DNA of 64,000 nt from Candidatus Bathyarchaeia archaeon (GCA_049515895.1 JBEKTQ010000011.1:1-64000), one strand, 5' to 3'; counted from the stretch's first letter, positions 29,137 through 39,925 are shown. Notes: generated by a model not told the origin, from the sequence alone. Made by a program: numbers and translations.

Positions 29137-30000
29137 TCATTTTTTGGCGGCCAGCGCGCGTCTTTGGAGGAGTGCGTTTACGGCGTCTATGAGGGCTTCG
29201 CAGGCGAACCAGCGGTCTTCGCGGGAGCCGTCGGTTTCGAGGATTTCAATGTTTTTCTGGCTGTCACGCAGCTGCTCGGTGACTGGCTGCCGCTTTGCTT
29301 CGTACTCGCCTCGGAGCCGCTGTTGGGCTTCGGTGAAGTCAAGCATGGCTAATTCAAGCTCTCGCTGCGCGGTGGTCAGTTCCTGGGTTGTCTCGATCTC
29401 TTTCTGTTCCCTGTCCTTCTTGGAGACGCCCCGCAGGAGACCGGTTTTCATATGGACAATCTCGTCCAGCTCTTTTTTGAGGTCGTCAATGTTGCTGTAC
29501 AGATGCTTGGTTACGCGGTTTTTCTGCACTTTAATCTCCCTTATCTTAGCTGCGTATTCGGCGTTGATTCGTTCAAGAAGATTCCTGCTGCTCGCCAGGT
29601 TCTGGGCGGCCTCATCGATCGAAGCCTCCTTACGACGCCTTTCCTCAAGCTCAACCTTGACAGCGGAAAGTATCTGCAAACGCTCCGCCACGAATTCGTC
29701 ATCCGTAGCCACGTTCGGATTCGATTCAAACTCGGACAAAACCTCTTCAAGATCCAGCAGCCAACGGTCGAAATGCTCACAAAAAGGGGAAGAACCAAAC
29801 TTCTGGCTTCCCAGAGTACGCAGATGCTGAAGGGTTTTGTCGGAAACCTCCCTAGCGGAGGCAACATGCTTCTCCTCCGGCGCGGAATCGCCAGCAGATC
29901 GGTGACTGCCTCCCCTATCTTTCTCCCTGCCATACGGCGGCTTGTACCCTCGACCAGAGGTGCGAGGCGACTTCGTAGGTGACCCGGATCCCATGAACAA
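29137..30000 (-). CDS. Coiled-coil hypothetical protein
   Basis: E/K/R-rich heptads, disordered basic N-terminus and LGSQKFG...HFDRW motif. Confidence 0.75.
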   Translation of the reverse strand: MFMGSGSPTKSPRTSGRGYKPPYGREKDRGGSHRSAGDSAPEEKHVASAREVSDKTLQHLRTLGSQKFGSSPFCEHFDRWLLDLEEVLSEFESNPNVATDDEFVAERLQILSAVKVELEERRRKEASIDEAAQNLASSRNLLERINAEYAAKIREIKVQKNRVTKHLYSNIDDLKKELDEIVHMKTGLLRGVSKKDREQKEIETTQELTTAQRELELAMLDFTEAQQRLRGEYEAKRQPVTEQLRDSQKNIEILETDGSREDRWFACEALIDAVNALLQRRALAAKK

Positions 30001-30121
30001 AATCTATCACGCATTAAGTATTTTAAGAAAACGTCTAATTTCCGTTGAACCGCACATATCCTAACAATTAGCATGAAAAGTCTTTTATTGAAAACCAGAA
30101 TACAAATTCGTGGGTGCAGTT

Positions 30122-30601
30122 ATGAAAAGTCTGGTTGTGTATTATTCTAGGACCGGTAACGCCAAATTCGTTGCTGAAACAGTCGCGGCTGAGCTTGGAT
30201 CTGACATCGAAGAAGTCGTGGACCTGAAGAAACGCGGGGGCAAGCTGGGTTGGGTGTCGGCGGGTCGCGACGCGTCAGGTGGAAAGTGTACTCAGATCGC
30301 TCCAACAACCAAAGATCCTAAAGATTATGATCTTGTCATCGTTGGGACTCCAGTTTGGGCTTGGGGTCCAAGCTGCGCAATAAGAACCTACTTGGGCAAT
30401 CATGACCTTTCGGGGAAAAGGGTGGCCCTGTTCTTTACGCTTGACAATAATCTGCGTCAAGCAGTGGAGAGAACCAAGGCTCTGATGCCTAATTCACTGT
30501 TTGCAGGCGAACTCGCCTTGAAGAAAGCTTTAGAAAACAAGGAAGAAACCGAAGAGGAAATTGCCGCCTGGTGCAACACCCTAAAAACAGCTCAGCCATG
30601 A
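30122..30601 (+). CDS. Flavodoxin
   Basis: VVYYSRTGNA and YDLVIVGTPVWAW. Confidence 0.92.
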   Translation: MKSLVVYYSRTGNAKFVAETVAAELGSDIEEVVDLKKRGGKLGWVSAGRDASGGKCTQIAPTTKDPKDYDLVIVGTPVWAWGPSCAIRTYLGNHDLSGKRVALFFTLDNNLRQAVERTKALMPNSLFAGELALKKALENKEETEEEIAAWCNTLKTAQP

Positions 30602-30809
30602 TTCTTCTACATAAGGCAGCGCCAAGTTAACGCTCATGGCTGTTCCCAAATCATTTTGCTCATGTATCCGATACTTCTCGCTTATTGATTGTTTATGTAT
30701 ACGGTTGCATGAACCATTTGAAGCCTGGTCGCAATTTATGATTCTCCCCAATCTCTTCTCAGGAAAGTTAACCTTATCAAGCAGGAGAACAATTAATTAT
30801 TGACCATCT

Positions 30810-31307
30810 ATGAAAGCGTACATGACTCTTTCCTGCAAAAAGGGTGCTTTTAACACGGTCTTGGATGATTTAATAAAATTGAATCTTTCCAAGAAAGACG
30901 TCTTCTTACTTTTTGGTCCAGTTGACATTCTCGTCCAATTGCGCTTCAAAGACATTGACGAATTCATCAATAAATGGTTCAACCCAATTAGAACGATAAC
31001 TCCTCAAGAACCGATGATTGAGAAAACGCAAACTCTTATCGTCATTTCAGAAGGCAAACCATTCACTGAGGAGCCATATGCTTTCCTGTTCCTCAACACT
31101 CAGCCCAGGAACCTTGAACAGGTCCAACGAGAGCTTCAAAGGATCCCTAACGTTCTGTCGGCTGACACGGTCTTCGGACCCTATGACGTTATATGCGCTA
31201 TTAGAGCAAACGACAAGGAAGACCTAAAAAGAGTTATTTCTCAAATACAAAATGAAGTCTCAAATATCCAGGGAACAGTAACCGCAATCGTCGCTTCGCT
31301 ATACTAA
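30810..31307 (+). CDS. Tandem Lrp/AsnC ligand-binding (RAM) domain protein without HTH
   Basis: Two FGPxD motifs (LFGPVDI and VFGPYDV). Confidence 0.85.
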   Translation: MKAYMTLSCKKGAFNTVLDDLIKLNLSKKDVFLLFGPVDILVQLRFKDIDEFINKWFNPIRTITPQEPMIEKTQTLIVISEGKPFTEEPYAFLFLNTQPRNLEQVQRELQRIPNVLSADTVFGPYDVICAIRANDKEDLKRVISQIQNEVSNIQGTVTAIVASLY

Positions 31308-31433
31308 GCTCTACGACTTTTTCAGCCCACACTCCAACAAAAAGGCAGGCTAACTTACTACGAACTAATAAATCAGGACCACACATGCGCGCATATTTGC
31401 ATTCTAAAAAACAAAAAAAAAGGGAGATAGAGA

Positions 31434-32273
31434 TTATTTTGCGTAAGCCTCGACGATATCGCGTGCTGTTATAATTCCTACGAACTTGTCGTCTTTGACG
31501 ATTGGCAATCTCCTAATGTGCTTTAACGCCATTGTTGCAGCAGCTCTGTGAACGCTTGTGCCGGCAGGAATCGTGATTAGAGGTCGGGAGCATTCTGGTC
31601 CTACCTGTACAAACAACGCTCTTCCTTTGGCCAAGAAAGATGTGAGCAAATCCCGTTCAGTGAAAATCCCATATGGCTCTCCTTTCTGGGTAATTATGAC
31701 GCTGCCGATGCGCTGTCTACCCATCATGCCGCCTATGCTGATAACGGATGTTTCTTCGGGAGCAGTGACAAGTTCTCTGGTCATGAAGTCATCAACTTTG
31801 GCCTCGGTTTCAGGTACCTCAGGCAAACTCTTGATTAGATCCGAAGCAGTTATGATTCCTACAAGAGTTCCAGCGTCAAACACCGCAAGTCTACTTTTCT
31901 TATTAATCATCAGCTGGGCAACTTCTTTTATCTGAGCCGTGACGGAAACACCAGATAGTGGATATGACATCACATCCTCCACTTTTTCATCCCTTAGAAA
32001 CAGGCCAAGCGCTAGAACCTTACTTAACAAATCGCGTTCAGTAACTATCCCTACAGGCGTTCGGTACTTCTCCACAATTAGACTGCCAACATGCTTTTCA
32101 CCCATGACACGAGCCGCTTCATTGAGCAGAGTTTCTGGAGTTGTGGTCACGACATTTTGGCTCATTAACTCCTTCGCCATTCGATAACGCGGCAAGTTCC
32201 GCTTATACTGCTCATAGGCATTATCGACTACACCCGGCAACGTCCTTCTGGATTCTTCTTGAGGTGTCGCCAA
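31434..32273 (-). CDS. Four-CBS-domain protein
   Basis: Repeated GIVTERD, GIITASD, GIFTERD and GIITARD. Confidence 0.93.
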   Translation of the reverse strand: MATPQEESRRTLPGVVDNAYEQYKRNLPRYRMAKELMSQNVVTTTPETLLNEAARVMGEKHVGSLIVEKYRTPVGIVTERDLLSKVLALGLFLRDEKVEDVMSYPLSGVSVTAQIKEVAQLMINKKSRLAVFDAGTLVGIITASDLIKSLPEVPETEAKVDDFMTRELVTAPEETSVISIGGMMGRQRIGSVIITQKGEPYGIFTERDLLTSFLAKGRALFVQVGPECSRPLITIPAGTSVHRAAATMALKHIRRLPIVKDDKFVGIITARDIVEAYAK

Positions 32274-32488
32274 AAAAATCCCTCAAGATAAAGAATGGAC
32301 GAAAGGCCTAATTAAGCTTCCACATAACATTATCATGCTGACTTGAAATGCACAATTGAAATTACAATCCGATGAAGAATGCTGTCTGATTTCAAAAGAA
32401 CATGCCTATACGAAAAATCAGACTTTTTTTGGTCGTCATCCTCGACGATGAAAGCGAGAGTGCATTTCCTTTTCTGATATCTGAGATT

Positions 32489-32725
32489 TTAGTCTCTTTT
32501 CATGTAGTCAAGAATGGTGTGCCTCGTCAAGAACATCAAGTAGGTTGCCGCATAAAACATGCAGAAAAACTCTATTGAAGAAGTTACACGATTAACCTCT
32601 ATGCCATAAAAGGCTCCTGAAATGTTTACGTTGTAGAAAACAAGTAGCCCAAGAAAAACTGCACCTGCTAAGCATGACAGCCCAATTCCGTGAAACAAGA
32701 TTCTTAAAACTATCCCAATTTTCAT
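32489..32725 (-). CDS. Small 2-TM membrane protein
   Basis: Two hydrophobic helices with a FYGIE loop. Confidence 0.6.
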   Translation of the reverse strand: MKIGIVLRILFHGIGLSCLAGAVFLGLLVFYNVNISGAFYGIEVNRVTSSIEFFCMFYAATYLMFLTRHTILDYMKRD

Positions 32726-33050
32726 GATTTGTCCACATCCAGTTTCATAATCGTAACTGCCGGTTTCTCATCCGGAGTCAAGGCCGCAATTGCTGCTATC
32801 ACTTCCTTTCTCGAAGAGCCTTGCCTCCAAAAAACAATTGCACTATTTACTATAAAACCCTTGCATTATCGGTAATCTTGACTAACTCTTCATCACAACC
32901 CCTTTCACCTGAAACGCATCATTGTTAGACAAATGGTTCATAACTCAAGGCGCCTTGGAACCTTTAGAAACAATATTTTGGGGATGTTTTTGGTTTTCCA
33001 CCTGCAATATTTATCTAAAAGAACGCTGAATGTTAAGGCTGGAGACTTTA

Positions 33051-34403
33051 ATGGCGCTAGATAAGTTGGGTTCTTCTTTAACCGATGCTATAAAGAAACT
33101 GTTTAAAGCTGGTATAGTGGACGAAGCTACAGTGAAAGAACTCGTCCGCGACATACAGCGGGCGCTGCTTCAAGCAGACGTCAACGTCCAACTTGTCCTA
33201 GACATCTCCAAGCGCATAGAGGAACGCGCCCTAAAAGAGAAAGTTCCTCCCGGCATCTCAAGACGCGAGCACGTCATAAAAGTAGTCTATGAAGAGCTCA
33301 CCCGTTTCGTGGGCGACAAGCCTGTACCAATCAAAATGGAGCCAGGTAAAAGAAAAATCATCATGCTTGTCGGCATCCAAGGCTCAGGCAAAACCACGCA
33401 AGCATCCAAACTGGCAAGGTACTACCAGAAGAGAGGCTTAAAGCCCGCGCTGATCTGCGCTGACACTTATCGTCCAGGCGCATTTGCTCAACTTCAGCAA
33501 CTAGCAAACAGAATAAACATGCCTATTTACGGAGACATCAAATGCAAAGACCCAGTGAAAGTTGTCCGGGAAGGCTTAAAACAATTCATAGGTAAAGACC
33601 TCATAATCGTCGATACCGCAGGTAGGCACAAGGAGGAGAAAGACCTGATTAAAGAAATGAAGGATCTTGAGAAGAGCATCAAGCCCGACGAGGTCATAAT
33701 GGTTATCGATGGAACAATCGGTCAGCAAGCACTCATTCAAGCAAAAACATTTCACGAAGCAACACCCATAGGCGCAATCATAGTGACAAAGCTTGACGGC
33801 TCCTCGCGTGGCGGCGGTGCATTGTCAGCGGTTGCTGCAACAGGCGCCCCCATAAAGTTTATCGGTACAGGCGAAAAAATCGAAGACATTGAGCCTTTTA
33901 TTCCCTCACGTTTCGTCGGTAGACTCTTAGGCATGGGCGACTTAGAAACGCTTCTGGAAAAGGTACACGACGCCGAGATCAAAGTTCCAGAGAAGAAAGC
34001 TAAAGAAATCCTCAGCGGCAAATTCACCTTGACAGACATGTACGAGCAGTTCCAAGCAGTTAAAAAAATGGGGCCGTTCAGCAAAGTTCTTAAAATGCTG
34101 CCGGGCATGTCATCTGCTAACGTGCCGCAAGAAATGCTCAACTCGGCTGAGGGCCGCCTTGACAAATGGGGCGTTATAATTCAATCCATGACGCCTGAAG
34201 AAAGGGAAAACCCAAAACTGCTTAGCTCCTCAAGGGCAAGACGGGTGGCGCGCGGTTCGGGAACAGCTGAAAAAGACGTCAAAGATCTGCTCAAACAGTA
34301 CGTTATGATGCGCAAAATGCTAAAGATGATGAAACGCAAGAAAAAACTGCCCTTTGGGCTCGGCGGGAAAGGCGGCATGCCGGCTAACTTTCCAGTAGGC
34401 TAA
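33051..34403 (+). CDS. srp54: Signal recognition particle protein SRP54
   Basis: GIQGSGKTT, DTAGRH, TKLDG and Met-rich M domain. Confidence 0.98.
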   Translation: MALDKLGSSLTDAIKKLFKAGIVDEATVKELVRDIQRALLQADVNVQLVLDISKRIEERALKEKVPPGISRREHVIKVVYEELTRFVGDKPVPIKMEPGKRKIIMLVGIQGSGKTTQASKLARYYQKRGLKPALICADTYRPGAFAQLQQLANRINMPIYGDIKCKDPVKVVREGLKQFIGKDLIIVDTAGRHKEEKDLIKEMKDLEKSIKPDEVIMVIDGTIGQQALIQAKTFHEATPIGAIIVTKLDGSSRGGGALSAVAATGAPIKFIGTGEKIEDIEPFIPSRFVGRLLGMGDLETLLEKVHDAEIKVPEKKAKEILSGKFTLTDMYEQFQAVKKMGPFSKVLKMLPGMSSANVPQEMLNSAEGRLDKWGVIIQSMTPEERENPKLLSSSRARRVARGSGTAEKDVKDLLKQYVMMRKMLKMMKRKKKLPFGLGGKGGMPANFPVG

Positions 34404-34408
34404 GCGAC

Positions 34409-35743
34409 ATGGATGTTCTGGAAAAAGCGCTTGAACTTCTCAGCAAATATCCTCTTTGCGATCACTGTCTTGGCAGGCAATTCGCTTTGCTGGGGTATTG
34501 CATGGAAAACAACATTCGGGGTAGGGCGTTAAAAGTCACCTTAACGCTGCAAGCTAATGACCTTGCGAGAGAAGGCAACCCCAACGGCGTTCGGCAGCTT
34601 AAACTTTTGGCGGCCAATGGCTTTTCAAAAGAAGCTCAAGAAACCCTAAAGCATCTTAAAAAACGCGTCGCTAAAGTCTCCGATGAACCGAAGTGTTATC
34701 TCTGTGAAGGCAAATTCAAGCTTGTTGACAAGTTAACCGAGAAATCTGCAGCCGCCCTGCAGGGCTACGAATTTGCTACATACCTTGTGGGTATCGAGTT
34801 GCCTGTTAAGGTTGAGGAACGCGAAGACGAGTTTAAGGCTTCATTAAACCTTGGCTACAGCGAAAGTATCAAGCATGAATTCGGACGACTATTCGGCAAA
34901 GCCCTTGGTGTGTGCTCAGGCAAAGAGGCAGATTACTTAAAGCCTGACATAGTCGCAGTTATCAACCCTTTCCTTGAAAAAATTAGCATTCAAGTTAATC
35001 CTCTTTTCGTCGCTGGCAGATACCGTAAACTCGTAAGGGACATTCCGCAGTCGAAATGGTTCTGTTCAAGTTGCCGTGGAAAGGGGTGCCCGAAGTGCGG
35101 GGGAACCGGCAAACTGTATCCTGAATCGGTCGAGGAGTTGTCTTCCAAGCCACTGCTGGAAGCAGCTCAGGGTGAAAAAACCGCGTTTCATGCTTCTGGT
35201 CGCGAGGACATTGATGCTAGGATGCTGGGAAATGGACGCCCATTCGTTATCGAGATTTCAAGGCCAAAGAAACGGTTTATTGACTTGAAGGACATGGAAG
35301 CCAAAATCAACGAGGGCGCAACAGGGAAGGTTCAGGTTTCACGGTTACGTTTTGTCAACAAAGACGTGGTTAGGCGTCTCAAAAAAGGTGAGGGTTCGCA
35401 AAAAAAGTATCGACTACTGGCTGAGTTTGAAAAAGAGGTTTCTGAAGAGGATTTGTGCATATTGGAAGAAAAGCTCAGCGGTGTCTTGATCAGGCAGCAG
35501 ACGCCGCTTCGTGTTGTGCATAGAAGGGCGGATTTGATCCGAGAAAGGTACATATATAAGCTTAAAGTTAAGAAGGTGTCGCTTAAGAGGTCTCTGATGG
35601 AAATTCAATGTCAAGGCGGCCTCTACGTTAAAGAGTTGGTGTCTGGAGATGAAGGAAGAACAAACCCGAATGTTTCGGATCTGCTTGGAAACAGAGCGAA
35701 GACGCTTAAGCTTGACGTTTTAAGAGTTATGACGGATAATTAG
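34409..35743 (+). CDS. pus10: tRNA pseudouridine(54/55) synthase Pus10
   Basis: LCDHCLGRQF, FHASGREDIDARMLG and GGLYVKELVSGD. Confidence 0.96.
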   Translation: MDVLEKALELLSKYPLCDHCLGRQFALLGYCMENNIRGRALKVTLTLQANDLAREGNPNGVRQLKLLAANGFSKEAQETLKHLKKRVAKVSDEPKCYLCEGKFKLVDKLTEKSAAALQGYEFATYLVGIELPVKVEEREDEFKASLNLGYSESIKHEFGRLFGKALGVCSGKEADYLKPDIVAVINPFLEKISIQVNPLFVAGRYRKLVRDIPQSKWFCSSCRGKGCPKCGGTGKLYPESVEELSSKPLLEAAQGEKTAFHASGREDIDARMLGNGRPFVIEISRPKKRFIDLKDMEAKINEGATGKVQVSRLRFVNKDVVRRLKKGEGSQKKYRLLAEFEKEVSEEDLCILEEKLSGVLIRQQTPLRVVHRRADLIRERYIYKLKVKKVSLKRSLMEIQCQGGLYVKELVSGDEGRTNPNVSDLLGNRAKTLKLDVLRVMTDN

Positions 35744-35758
35744 CAAGGTGAAATTTGA

Positions 35759-36064
35759 ATGAGAGGTTCAAAAGGTTATTACGCTGGCACCCGCAGCCTG
35801 CTGAAAAAGCCAAATAGGGAAAAAGGAAAACCGAAAATCAGAAAGATTCTCCAAGCCTACCCGGCTGGTTCTCAAGTGATAATAAAGATGGATTCCAGTA
35901 CACAGAAGAGTATGCCGCATAAACGTTTCCACGGGAAAATAGGAACGGTTAAAGAAAAACGTGGCCGTGGGTATGTAGTTGTTGTGCCTCAAGGCAACAG
36001 CATCAAAGAAATAATCGTTCGCAGTGAACATTTAGAACCGTATATGGGCAGTGGAACAGAATGA
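35759..36064 (+). CDS. rpl21e: 50S ribosomal protein L21e
   Basis: MPHKRFHGKIG; conserved context. Confidence 0.97.
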   Translation: MRGSKGYYAGTRSLLKKPNREKGKPKIRKILQAYPAGSQVIIKMDSSTQKSMPHKRFHGKIGTVKEKRGRGYVVVVPQGNSIKEIIVRSEHLEPYMGSGTE

Positions 36065-36399
36065 GCAAAAGAGAAGTGAGCGAAAGCCGCTTGACGTTGC
36101 CGCAAGTGAAGAAACTTTTAGAAACCATAGGCGAAGAAAACTTGGATCAGTTTCAACGTCGAACGCTGGATTATGCGAACAAGTTCTCTAAGGTTGATCC
36201 TGTGAAGGCGGAAGAGCTCTTGCAGGTGCTTGTAAAGGAATACGAAATTGACGAGGCTGAGGCGATACAAATCATAAATTGCATGCCTGAATCAGTTGAC
36301 GAATTACGTGTTTTCTTAGCTGGTGGCCGGAAGATTATAGAGACCACAAAACTACGGGCAATCGTTGAACTTTTGAGTGAGAATAGGATTTTGAAGTAG
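36061..36399 (+). CDS. rpo4: RNA polymerase subunit Rpo4 (RpoF)
   Basis: TLDYANKFSK...IINCMPES; lies between rpl21e and DUF655. Confidence 0.92.
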   Translation: MSKREVSESRLTLPQVKKLLETIGEENLDQFQRRTLDYANKFSKVDPVKAEELLQVLVKEYEIDEAEAIQIINCMPESVDELRVFLAGGRKIIETTKLRAIVELLSENRILK

Positions 36400-36461
36400 C
36401 CTAGACGGCTAAGTATTTTTAAGCAGTAAGCACAATAAACTAATGGACTTAGTGACTACTA

Positions 36462-37028
36462 ATGGAAAAGCGGTATGAAGAGTACGCTTACGTACTAGAT
36501 TTCTTGTCACATGGTAAGCCTGGGTTCCGTCCAACTGGGCGAGCAGGCTACAGGGCAGGAGCATTAATCCAGTCTGTTGGGGAAGAATTCTTTACCCTTT
36601 TGGAGGCTTTGGTAAAGGAGGGTTTAATGTTGAAGCCAGGTGACCGAGTGTACGTAGGAAAAGATTCACGCTCGGAGGTTACATACATTATAGGACGCGT
36701 TAGTTTCGATGAATTGACCGCATCAGCCAAAGCGGAGCTTCCAAGTGTGATAAATCGCATTGTCCTGAACAGAGAGAAATGGTTTGTGAACTTCTTCAAT
36801 ACCGCGCGAGCAGTTACCCCTCGCATGCATGCTTTGGAACTTGTTCCTGGCATCGGCAAAAAGTACATGTGGCAAGTCATAAACGAACGAACCCGAAAGC
36901 CCTTCGAAAGTTTTGAAGACTTGCAGAAGCGAACTGAGCTGCCTAATCCTGTTAAATTGATTACTAAACGGGTTATGGAAGAACTTGAAGGTGACAGCAA
37001 GTATCGATTGTTCACGCGGGCGCAGTAA
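36462..37028 (+). CDS. DUF655 family putative RNA-binding protein
   Basis: EEYAYVLDF and RMHALELVPGIGKK (HhH). Confidence 0.93.
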   Translation: MEKRYEEYAYVLDFLSHGKPGFRPTGRAGYRAGALIQSVGEEFFTLLEALVKEGLMLKPGDRVYVGKDSRSEVTYIIGRVSFDELTASAKAELPSVINRIVLNREKWFVNFFNTARAVTPRMHALELVPGIGKKYMWQVINERTRKPFESFEDLQKRTELPNPVKLITKRVMEELEGDSKYRLFTRAQ

Positions 37029-37038
37029 GGCATAGCGG

Positions 37039-37857
37039 ATGAGTCTTGAAGAAACGAAGCGGTTGCTTCGAACCTATCGAATCTCCCCGAACAAACTTCT
37101 GGGACAAAATTTCATGGTTGAGCCCTCTATCTACAGCAAGCTGTGCGCTTATGCCTCGCTTGACTTTTCGGATGTGGTGTTGGATGCTGGAGCGGGCTTC
37201 GGTTCCTTAAGCCTTTTTCTCGCTGATAAGTGCAAGGCTGTAATTGCAGTCGAAAAAGACCCGCAAGTTGCATCGGCGCTTCGTGATCGGGTCAAAGGCA
37301 TTGGAAATGTGACAGTTTTAGAAGGAGATGTGTTGAAGGTTGTGTTGCCTGAATTTAATAAAGTCGTGGCGATCCCCCCTTATTGTATTTCCACTCATCT
37401 TGTAGCATGGCTTGTTGAACGCAAAATGGATTGCGCTGTGATTATTGTTCAAAAAGAATTCGCCAAGAAACTTAACGCTGCGCCAGGGAGCGGGGATTAT
37501 GGCTGGTTAACTGTCCAGATGTTCTTGCACGCAGAGGTTCAACTCTTTGACTCGGTTCCTAAAGGAATGTTTTTCCCTGAGCCGAAAGTTGATTCAGTAA
37601 TCGTTCGCATTAAGCCTTGGAACAAAAGACGTTTTGAATTGATGGACGAAAAGTTTTTCACGCAAGTTACTAAGTGGCTTTTTACTCAGCGTAACAAAAA
37701 GTTAAGTAAAGCACTTGCACCGTTTTTGAAGACTAACCTGCACCTAAGTAGACAAGAGGCGGAAAAGATAGCTGCTGCAATACCGTTTCATGATAAACGC
37801 CCAAGAGAGCTGACCCCTGAACAGTTTGGAGAATTAGCAAATGAAATCCGCCATTAA
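37039..37857 (+). CDS. rsmA: 16S rRNA dimethyladenosine transferase KsgA/Dim1
   Basis: LGQNF, DAGAGFG and FFPEPKVDS. Confidence 0.94.
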   Translation: MSLEETKRLLRTYRISPNKLLGQNFMVEPSIYSKLCAYASLDFSDVVLDAGAGFGSLSLFLADKCKAVIAVEKDPQVASALRDRVKGIGNVTVLEGDVLKVVLPEFNKVVAIPPYCISTHLVAWLVERKMDCAVIIVQKEFAKKLNAAPGSGDYGWLTVQMFLHAEVQLFDSVPKGMFFPEPKVDSVIVRIKPWNKRRFELMDEKFFTQVTKWLFTQRNKKLSKALAPFLKTNLHLSRQEAEKIAAAIPFHDKRPRELTPEQFGELANEIRH

Positions 37858-38455
37858 GAGAACGCACTTCAACAGACACATTTTTGATATCTCGGAAAAC
37901 GTTTACGAGCCAGCTGAGGACTCTTTTCTTTTTGCTGAAAATTTGGAAGTGAAAAAAGGCGAGCAAGTGCTCGATGTTGGTACTGGCTGTGGCATCCTTG
38001 GTATATTGGCGGCAGAAAAAGGTGCTGCAGTCCTCGCTGTTGACCCAAATCCCTATGCCATTCGTTGCGCAAGAGAAAATTCAAAGCTTAACAATGTGGA
38101 CGGCAAGATGGCTTTCCTCCAAGCTGACCTTTTTACGGCTTTGAATGAGAAAGTGAGGTTTGATTTGATCCTCTTTAACGCACCGTATCTTCCGGCAGAT
38201 TCGCAGGAAGCTGAAACTTGGATTGGACGCTCATGGGCTGGAGGCGCTAACGGACGCCAAGTTATCGACCGCTTTATTTTTCAAGTTCAACCACACCTGA
38301 AAACCGGCGGTCGGGTTCTTTTAATGCAATCGTCGCTTGCTAACGTTGAAGAGACAATTTGTAAATTTGGTGTGCATCAGCTGGCGGCCAGAGTTAAGGC
38401 GGAACGTAAACTTCCGTTCTTTGAGACTTTGGCTCTTATCGAAGCCAAGACTTAA
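37841..38455 (+). CDS. HemK2/PrmC-like release-factor Gln methyltransferase
   Basis: VYEPAEDSFL, DVGTGCG, FNAPY and WAGG. Confidence 0.92.
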   Translation: MKSAIKRTHFNRHIFDISENVYEPAEDSFLFAENLEVKKGEQVLDVGTGCGILGILAAEKGAAVLAVDPNPYAIRCARENSKLNNVDGKMAFLQADLFTALNEKVRFDLILFNAPYLPADSQEAETWIGRSWAGGANGRQVIDRFIFQVQPHLKTGGRVLLMQSSLANVEETICKFGVHQLAARVKAERKLPFFETLALIEAKT

Positions 38456-38527
38456 CCCTTACGCATTTGTTAGTCTGTGAAAAGCAAATAAAGGGTGTTG
38501 TGCATTGGTTATTTCGGTGATTGCAAT

Positions 38528-38857
38528 ATGACGATTTGGTTTTACGTTAAAACAAGCGATGATCCAAAAGTTGTCGGAGAAGTTGTATGCGCCTTTAATT
38601 TTGAGCAAGGCGAACATCCCCAGGACCAGTATTCTTGGCTTTTGGAGCCTGGCAGAGATGAGCCTGGCTACTGGGAAATCAGAGGAAAATACGCAGTTCT
38701 AAAAGACCTCACCGAAATCGGCATCGTTTACAGAATCGGCGATAGCATAGTTTTCGCGGAAATTGAGGATTACTTAGCACCTGATTTTCTAGATCCTCTG
38801 ATAACAAAATACGGTTTTGATAACGTGAAGTGGATCGTCGTTCCGGGAAGACGTTAA
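38528..38857 (+). CDS. Hypothetical protein
   Basis: GGTGA SD before ATG 38528; acidic/aromatic 109 aa. Confidence 0.7.
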   Translation: MTIWFYVKTSDDPKVVGEVVCAFNFEQGEHPQDQYSWLLEPGRDEPGYWEIRGKYAVLKDLTEIGIVYRIGDSIVFAEIEDYLAPDFLDPLITKYGFDNVKWIVVPGRR

Positions 38858-38880
38858 AACCACTTCTCACATTTTTTGCT

Positions 38881-39408
38881 TCAAATCGCGCGCAATTGCT
38901 TTGCCACCAAGAGAGCGGCTGCTCGAGCGATTATTGAGACACCTACTAGTATGATTATTGCCGCCCAGAATTGAAACCACATGTTTAGTTGCTGACTTTG
39001 GGCTAACGTGCTTTTCATATTTGCAAGGTTGCTTAACATATAGGCGGCGCCGAACCAGAAAACCACGCTTCCGACGGTTTGAGCTGTTCTTCTTATTCGA
39101 GACCCATTCGCAAGATGCATTGCTAAGACCAGGATTTCCAAGACCCCGATGCCTAACGCGAATTGAAAAACAGCCGAATAAACTCCAGTGTAGGCTGCGG
39201 GCATGGCTGGTGCCGGCAATTGAATTGTGGTGTTTGCAACGCGGGCGATTATGAAATCGTTACCGAAGTCTTTTATTTTTGGCCAAAGATTTTGGTTTAT
39301 TACAAAAACAATTCCGATCAAAATGAAGAATAAACCGGTGGAAACCGCAACTATTAATCTTTCCCCGAATAGTCTGCGACCCGAATAACCTGAAGTTTTT
39401 TCATTCAT
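38881..39408 (-). CDS. Four-TM membrane protein
   Basis: Hydrophobic helices. Confidence 0.75.
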   Translation of the reverse strand: MNEKTSGYSGRRLFGERLIVAVSTGLFFILIGIVFVINQNLWPKIKDFGNDFIIARVANTTIQLPAPAMPAAYTGVYSAVFQFALGIGVLEILVLAMHLANGSRIRRTAQTVGSVVFWFGAAYMLSNLANMKSTLAQSQQLNMWFQFWAAIIILVGVSIIARAAALLVAKQLRAI

Positions 39409-39517
39409 TTTTTGTCCCGTTTATTATTTCTGCTATTTTGGATTTAACTTTTGTTTTTTCCAATTCGGAAAGAGTGAATGTTTTATATACTATAACATTC
39501 TAAATGAAAAATACTGA

Positions 39518-39925
39518 GTGATTCCTATGTCGTATTGCCCAAAATGCGGTAATAAGGTGGACGAAACAATGGCTTTCTGCCCCCGATGCGGCGCTTCATT
39601 AAAGGCGGCCACCACATCGCAAGCTGATCAAACAACGCAAGGATACGGATATCGATATGAGCGGCACGAGAAAGATAACGAGAAAGCTGAAAAACATGGC
39701 GAAAAACACGAGAAGGCTGGAGGAGGCTACGGGTTCTTAGTTGCCGGTATCTTGATAGTCTTGTTAGGTTCGCTTGCATACATAAATGCTACCACCAACG
39801 TGTTCAGCGGCCTTAGTGGTCCAGTTGCCTCGGCGATTGTTTTAGTTGCAATTGGCATTCTAATATTGCTCGCAGGTCTCTACTACTATTCGAGAAGTAG
39901 ACGTAGAAATCCAGCTCCTACTTAA
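39518..39925 (+). CDS. Zinc-ribbon plus 2-TM membrane protein
   Basis: YCPKCG...FCPRCG, EKHEK repeats and two TMs. Confidence 0.85.
   Translation: MIPMSYCPKCGNKVDETMAFCPRCGASLKAATTSQADQTTQGYGYRYERHEKDNEKAEKHGEKHEKAGGGYGFLVAGILIVLLGSLAYINATTNVFSGLSGPVASAIVLVAIGILILLAGLYYYSRSRRRNPAPT

Noticed and set aside
29144-30074. Long overlapping ORFs (228, 176 and 177 aa) over the coiled-coil gene
   Set aside because: They are shadow frames of a GC-rich gene, with Ser/Arg-rich composition and no motifs.
37360-37395. KsgA motif IV reads IPPY instead of NxPY, suggesting inactivation
   Set aside because: The rest of the gene is intact and in canonical context, and lineage variation cannot be excluded without an alignment.
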